Shown one piece after another: positions 26,006 to 32,000 of a stretch of DNA of 32,000 nt. The position numbers were made by a program, and so were the translations under genes. This stretch comes from Telmatocola sphagniphila (GTDB taxonomy: Bacteria > Planctomycetota > Planctomycetia > Gemmatales > Gemmataceae): positions 2,940,001 to 2,972,000 of the forward strand of contig NZ_CP074694.1 in the NCBI RefSeq assembly GCF_018398935.1. The letters run 5' to 3'. The notes beneath the pieces were generated by a model that worked only from the letters and a program-made list of their open reading frames with translations, did not search any database and was not told the origin of the DNA. Each line of letters opens with the position of its first letter. Within the stretch, counting starts at the first letter, position 1.

Positions 26006-26096
26006 AAAGGAGCGAAAATATCGATAGCTTCTTGGACTTGGAGTGAGTAAAATCACCGATTGGCCAGCCTGCAAATTCGACTTAGAGCGAACCTGC

Positions 26097-27197
26097 ATGA
26101 TATCATTTACTACCTTGCTCCACGCATATTTAGTTGTCAGTATCTATGGCTACGGGGAGCGAAGTCTAGTCACAGGCAAAATCGAAAAAATTGTTGAAAA
26201 TTATCAAGCTTTGAGTCTCTCCAAGCAATTTAACTTCTCCCAGACGCCGAGCCTAGTGCAATCTCAGAAATTGAGTAAAACTGCTAGATATTATGCGTTA
26301 GTACGGGTCGACAAAGTTTATTCTGGCAATCGATTCATTCAAAACACAGTAATTCTTTTGCCTTTTCATACTAACAGAATAGTTAGGACTAATCCTTTTT
26401 TTGATTCGGCTGCCTGGCAAGTATGGCATGTCGTCATAGAACCCGACCCTCAAATTGGAGAACGTGTGCTAACTTGGGTGGTTCGGGACAATGACTTCTT
26501 GATTGCAAGAACCTTGCGCGAAAATATTTTTACAGAGTTCCCGATTCTTCCATTATTTCCTTTGTTAGAAAGCCGCAAGGGCAAATATGCAACAGAGTAC
26601 GCTGGAAAAACTTCATCGCAAGACGAATGGCGCACGGATTTGCTGAAATCGGTCGATCCCGGATTTCCAAAAAATTGTGACTTGAAAGATCTTATGCAAG
26701 ACGAATCGTCTTCAAAAGCATGGCTAATTTACAAGATGGCGATCAGATTTGAATTTAATCAGGAAGACAAATTGCGAGAATATTTAAGTAGCGAGCACCC
26801 GAAACTTTTCAACTTTTTGAACATCGATAAAGCTCTCGTCAAAAATAATGAAACCTGGATGTATAACTCAAAACGAGCGAGCAACTTCAAAAAAATTCTA
26901 TTAAATTTGCCTCCAGACGATTCGGAAACTCTACTTTTCAATTATCTGTATTCCGAAAAAAATTACGATGTTCTCGAAGCTTACTTAAAAAAAGTGCTCC
27001 TCGACAAAGAATTTATATCCGATGAACGGCAATTGCGTGCAGCAATGGTATATTCTCTAGACAAACTCAAAACTGAAGATAAAACGAAGTCATTCACTGA
27101 TTTCATGAACGCGTGTAAAAACAGTCCTTCGATCTATATCTCTACTGCCGCAAAAAATTGCCTGAAAAAGATGAAAACTAATGATTACGCTCCGTAA
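26097..27197 (+). CDS. AT-rich orphan protein, no family recognised
   Basis: This is a long uninterrupted ORF, with possible starts at ATG 26097 or GTG 26043. It lies in a stretch that is clearly AT-richer than its flanks. The protein is rich in K, N, F and Y. The C-terminal third could be helical-repeat-like, but that is a very tentative reading. Confidence 0.55.
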   Translation: MISFTTLLHAYLVVSIYGYGERSLVTGKIEKIVENYQALSLSKQFNFSQTPSLVQSQKLSKTARYYALVRVDKVYSGNRFIQNTVILLPFHTNRIVRTNPFFDSAAWQVWHVVIEPDPQIGERVLTWVVRDNDFLIARTLRENIFTEFPILPLFPLLESRKGKYATEYAGKTSSQDEWRTDLLKSVDPGFPKNCDLKDLMQDESSSKAWLIYKMAIRFEFNQEDKLREYLSSEHPKLFNFLNIDKALVKNNETWMYNSKRASNFKKILLNLPPDDSETLLFNYLYSEKNYDVLEAYLKKVLLDKEFISDERQLRAAMVYSLDKLKTEDKTKSFTDFMNACKNSPSIYISTAAKNCLKKMKTNDYAP

Positions 27198-27261
27198 GCT
27201 TAAAATCTCAGTTTCGAGCTTACGGAATTTATTTGGTAAAAAGCGATTTCAAACTCTTACC

Positions 27262-28455
27262 TTAACTCCGACACAGCGGGTGCTTCAGTGACAGCCATGC
27301 ACCATTCTGCTGACTGCTGGCCACGCTCTGTGTGATGAAGTTCATGCCGTCCACGCCGTCCATCACGTTCGGATAGATGCTGGCCGCACCATCGAACGGT
27401 TTGCCGGTCGCCCGCTTCACGATATCGTCGTATACCGACGAGTAAATATTCGCGAACGCCTCAAAAAATGCTTCCGGATGGCCGCTCGGCAAACGTGAAG
27501 AAGCACTTGAGAGGGCACTCAGGTAAGGTCCGCCCGCTCGGGTATAAATCTGGTGCGGCTTGCCGTTCACGCGATACAGCATCTTATTCGGCTCTTCCTG
27601 ATGCCATTCCAGCGAGCCCTTGGTCCCATCAATTTCGATCCAAGCCTCATTCTCACGGCCGTGCGAAATCTGCGAGGCGGTCACCGTTCCCAAAGCTCCG
27701 TTCGTGAACTTGATTACGGCCGTACCGTAATCGTCCAGCGCCCGGCCTTCGACGAACGATTTCAAGTGGCAGGAAATCTGATCCGGAATCAGACCCGTAA
27801 TAAAGCGACCCAAGTTATAGGCATGGGTGGCGATATCGCCAAAGCAACCGGCTGCACCCGATTTGCTCGGATCGGTACGCCAGGCGGCCTGCTTTTGGGA
27901 ATCGGCTTCCAGCTTGGTACGCAGCCAGCCCTGAATATAGAACGCCCGGATGGCGTTGATTTCGCCGAGTTCGCCGTTGCGGACCATCTCGCGGGCCTGC
28001 CGGACTAGAGGATAACCCGTGTAGTTATGGGAAACGCCAAAGACCACACCGGTCTTTTTCACAATCGCGGCCAGTTCTTCCGCCTGCTTCAGATCGAAGG
28101 TCAACGGCTTGTCGCAAATGACGTTAAATCCTGCTTCCGCAAAGCATTTGGAGATTTCGAAGTGAGTGTGATTCGGCGTGGCGACCGAAACGAAATCGAT
28201 CCTTTTATCGGCGGGCAATTTCGCTTCTTTCTCGGCCATTTCCTGGTACGAAGTGTAGGCTCGATCGGCCGGGATATCGTAATCGGGAGCCGAGGCCTTG
28301 GCCTTCACCGGGTCGGAAGACAGCGCCCCGGCCACCAGTTCGGCCCGGTTGTCCAGAATCCCGGCCGTGGCGTGCACACGGCCAATGAATGAGCCCTGAC
28401 CACCCCCGATCAAACCCATACGCAACTTGCGGTTCAACGGTGCATTAACTGACAT
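27262..28455 (-). CDS. Gfo/Idh/MocA-family oxidoreductase (cytoplasmic)
   Basis: It has the Rossmann motif LRMGLIGGGQGSFIG, the motifs ATPNHTHF and ICDKPL, and a C-terminal alpha/beta domain typical of the family. Confidence 0.92.
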   Translation of the reverse strand: MSVNAPLNRKLRMGLIGGGQGSFIGRVHATAGILDNRAELVAGALSSDPVKAKASAPDYDIPADRAYTSYQEMAEKEAKLPADKRIDFVSVATPNHTHFEISKCFAEAGFNVICDKPLTFDLKQAEELAAIVKKTGVVFGVSHNYTGYPLVRQAREMVRNGELGEINAIRAFYIQGWLRTKLEADSQKQAAWRTDPSKSGAAGCFGDIATHAYNLGRFITGLIPDQISCHLKSFVEGRALDDYGTAVIKFTNGALGTVTASQISHGRENEAWIEIDGTKGSLEWHQEEPNKMLYRVNGKPHQIYTRAGGPYLSALSSASSRLPSGHPEAFFEAFANIYSSVYDDIVKRATGKPFDGAASIYPNVMDGVDGMNFITQSVASSQQNGAWLSLKHPLCRS

Positions 28456-28645
28456 GGAGAGTCCCCCTCTTCTTGTGATAAACTCGATGGAGCGATTGTA
28501 TGAACTGGGGCCGCTGAGGTTAAAGCTCTTTGAAGAAGATTGGCCACATCAGGGAATGCATGAAAGCTCATCGTTTTCATTTGAAAATGCATCACATTTT
28601 CAACACTACGCAACTACCGGCCCCCGTAATCGGATCCTATCAGTG

Positions 28646-28840
28646 CTCTCTGTGTTCTCTGTGGTAAAAGGTGATCAAAATGTTACACTCCAACACTCTC
28701 TGTGCGATCTCGGCAACCTTGGCGGTTCAAGTTCCGAACAGATCCCGCCTCCATCCAAATCAGCCCTATTTCTCAAGAAATACTCTAAGGTCATCAAAAT
28801 CGCTTTTTCCACTATGTGAAATTTGATGACCTGATGACCT
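28646..28840. promoter_or_regulatory. Cluster of short repeats in the 0.5-kb ligA upstream region (CTCTCTGTG boxes and GGT[G/C]ATCA boxes, including an 11-bp inverted repeat)
   Basis: CTCTCTGTG is at 28646, TTCTCTGTG at 28655 and CTCTCTGTG at 28696. AAGGTGATCAAAAT is at 28668 and AAGGTCATCAAAAT at 28787. AGGTCATCAAA (28788..28798) is the inverted complement of TTTGATGACCT (28822..28832). TGATGACC occurs twice in tandem (28824..28839). Confidence 0.6.
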
Positions 28841-28925
28841 CACTACAACAAAACACTGACAATCTGGACGGATCTGTATGGGACAAACCTTAAGAATTTC
28901 GATTTCCAGCGACCAACCATCGTAG

Positions 28926-31007
<2,082 letters not shown>

Positions 31008-31011
31008 CCGG

Positions 31012-32000
31012 TCAAGTTTTCCAGAAGCGGAGGAGATCGCGCCGCAGAAAATGCCAGAGTCCCTGAATCATGAGCCGGGTCTTTGCGGCTTTTTCTTCCC
31101 GGCGAGTGAATTTTCGCCAGGCATACTCCGCCAGCTTGCAGGCCAGATGGACCGGGGCATCGAGAGTGACGACCAGTTTGTAGAGGAGAATTGAAATTCG
31201 GTTCGCCCCCGTCTTCCGGAAGAAGTGAATGTAGCCGATGACCACATTGGGAGCGGCGAAGGTCACGTTCAGGCGTGAACTGATCCGTCCGTAATGGGTG
31301 ATCTCCACTTCAGGCAGGTAGTAGACCGCCCGATTTTTTCCGACACGAACGGAAAGTTCCAAATCTTCACCGCCAAAGCGAAAATCGGGATCCCAGCCGC
31401 CGAGAGTTTTATAGATCTCGCGGGGCATCACCACGGCGGCCCCCATGAGAGCATCGACCCGTTTCAATTCGTTCGATTCAAAACTGGTTCGCCGGTAATC
31501 GTAATAGACCCGTTTCAGCAGGCCCGACCAGCGAAAGACCATCGTCCTATGAAGCAGTGCCGCCACAGTCGGTTTTCGGCGATAGCTGATTTGCAGTCGG
31601 CCTTGCGGATCCTGGATGCGCGGGCCGATCAGGCCGGCTTCCGGATGAGCTTCCGCGAAATCGACCAGCCGGGCCAGTGTTCCGGGCGGAATGATCGTAT
31701 CGTTGTTCAGGAAGAAAAGGTATTTGCCTTTGGCCCGGTCTGCCGCTTGATTGCTGGCGATGGCAAAACCGCGGTTGGTTTCATTTCGAATCAGGCGGAC
31801 TTGCGGAAACTCGTCTTCCACCATCTCGGCCGCACCATCGATCGAGGCATTATCGACGACGATGACTTCGAAGGGAACGCCCTGATCGAAGCCATGCAGG
31901 GAGGCCAGGCAGTCGGAGAGGTATTGCTTGCAGTTCCAGTTGGGTATGCAGACGGAGATAACTGCCGGGGCAATCGACTGAAGCGCGGATTGAGATACTC
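31012..32000 (-). CDS. Family-2 glycosyltransferase (5' end beyond the window)
   Basis: The same frame stays open to the window edge (…VISVCIPNWNCKQYLSDCLASLHGFDQGVPFEVIVVDNASIDGAAEMVEDEFPQVRLIRNETNRGFA…FFLNNDT). It has the GT2 motifs VVDNAS, N-x-G-F-A and a DxD-like NND. The ORF track starts only at an internal Met (31824). Confidence 0.9.
   Translation of the reverse strand, partial: VSQSALQSIAPAVISVCIPNWNCKQYLSDCLASLHGFDQGVPFEVIVVDNASIDGAAEMVEDEFPQVRLIRNETNRGFAIASNQAADRAKGKYLFFLNNDTIIPPGTLARLVDFAEAHPEAGLIGPRIQDPQGRLQISYRRKPTVAALLHRTMVFRWSGLLKRVYYDYRRTSFESNELKRVDALMGAAVVMPREIYKTLGGWDPDFRFGGEDLELSVRVGKNRAVYYLPEVEITHYGRISSRLNVTFAAPNVVIGYIHFFRKTGANRISILLYKLVVTLDAPVHLACKLAEYAWRKFTRREEKAAKTRLMIQGLWHFLRRDLLRFWKT

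Noticed and set aside
28646-28704. The short direct repeats could be a degenerate CRISPR array.
   Set aside because: The units are only 9 nt, two of them are directly adjacent with no spacer, and there are no cas genes in the window.
28724-28735. GGTTCAAGTTCC resembles a tRNA T-loop (GGTTCGAATCC).
   Set aside because: The flanking bases cannot form a T-stem (GGCGG versus TCCGA), and no acceptor or anticodon arms can be drawn. It is not a tRNA.
28427-28819. A 130-codon plus-strand ORF fills much of the ligA upstream spacer.
   Set aside because: It starts inside and antisense to the first codons of the oxidoreductase gene. It has no SD, and its composition is odd (runs of S, F and L across the repeat boxes). 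I recognise no domain in it. I treat the region as non-coding or regulatory, but cannot exclude a small protein.

Overview
This is a 32-kb chromosomal window. I recognise no rRNA, tRNA, CRISPR array, transposase, integrase or phage genes in it. The domain repertoire points to a Planctomycetota genome, probably Gemmatales-like; this is an inference. That repertoire includes a TIGR02996 'repeat-companion' N-domain, an SHD1 domain, Tat-signal Gfo/Idh/MocA oxidoreductases, an ECF sigma factor paired with a Ser/Thr kinase, and a zinc-ribbon membrane protein. Well-supported housekeeping genes are guaB, a UvrD/PcrA helicase, acpS, a tRNA-dihydrouridine synthase, a prolyl oligopeptidase, ligA and a GT2 glycosyltransferase that runs off the right edge. 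Lineage-specific genes lie between them: a YHYH/SHD1 protein followed by a CusRS-like two-component system, an orphan HlyD-type adaptor, an HTH gene followed by two membrane-protein genes, and AT-rich orphan genes. I did not find a convincing, complete new multi-gene system such as a defence island. The observations most worth a second look are as follows. (1) A small lipoprotein-like ORF in a 0.55-kb convergent spacer has an in-frame TGA inside a U-x-x-C context, followed by a stem-loop with a GGUC tetraloop; it is either a selenocysteine-recoding candidate or a dead gene. (2) An identical 9-residue peptide, KKDGPPPKK, is encoded with different codons in the sensor loop of the histidine kinase and at the C-terminus of the YHYH protein in the same operon. 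(3) An ECF sigma, membrane Ser/Thr kinase and dus gene string has no anti-sigma gene. (4) Two AT-rich patches carry a decayed gene and orphan genes. (5) A 0.5-kb intergenic region upstream of ligA carries an array of GGTCATCA boxes. All functional calls come from motif recognition by eye. No searches were run.
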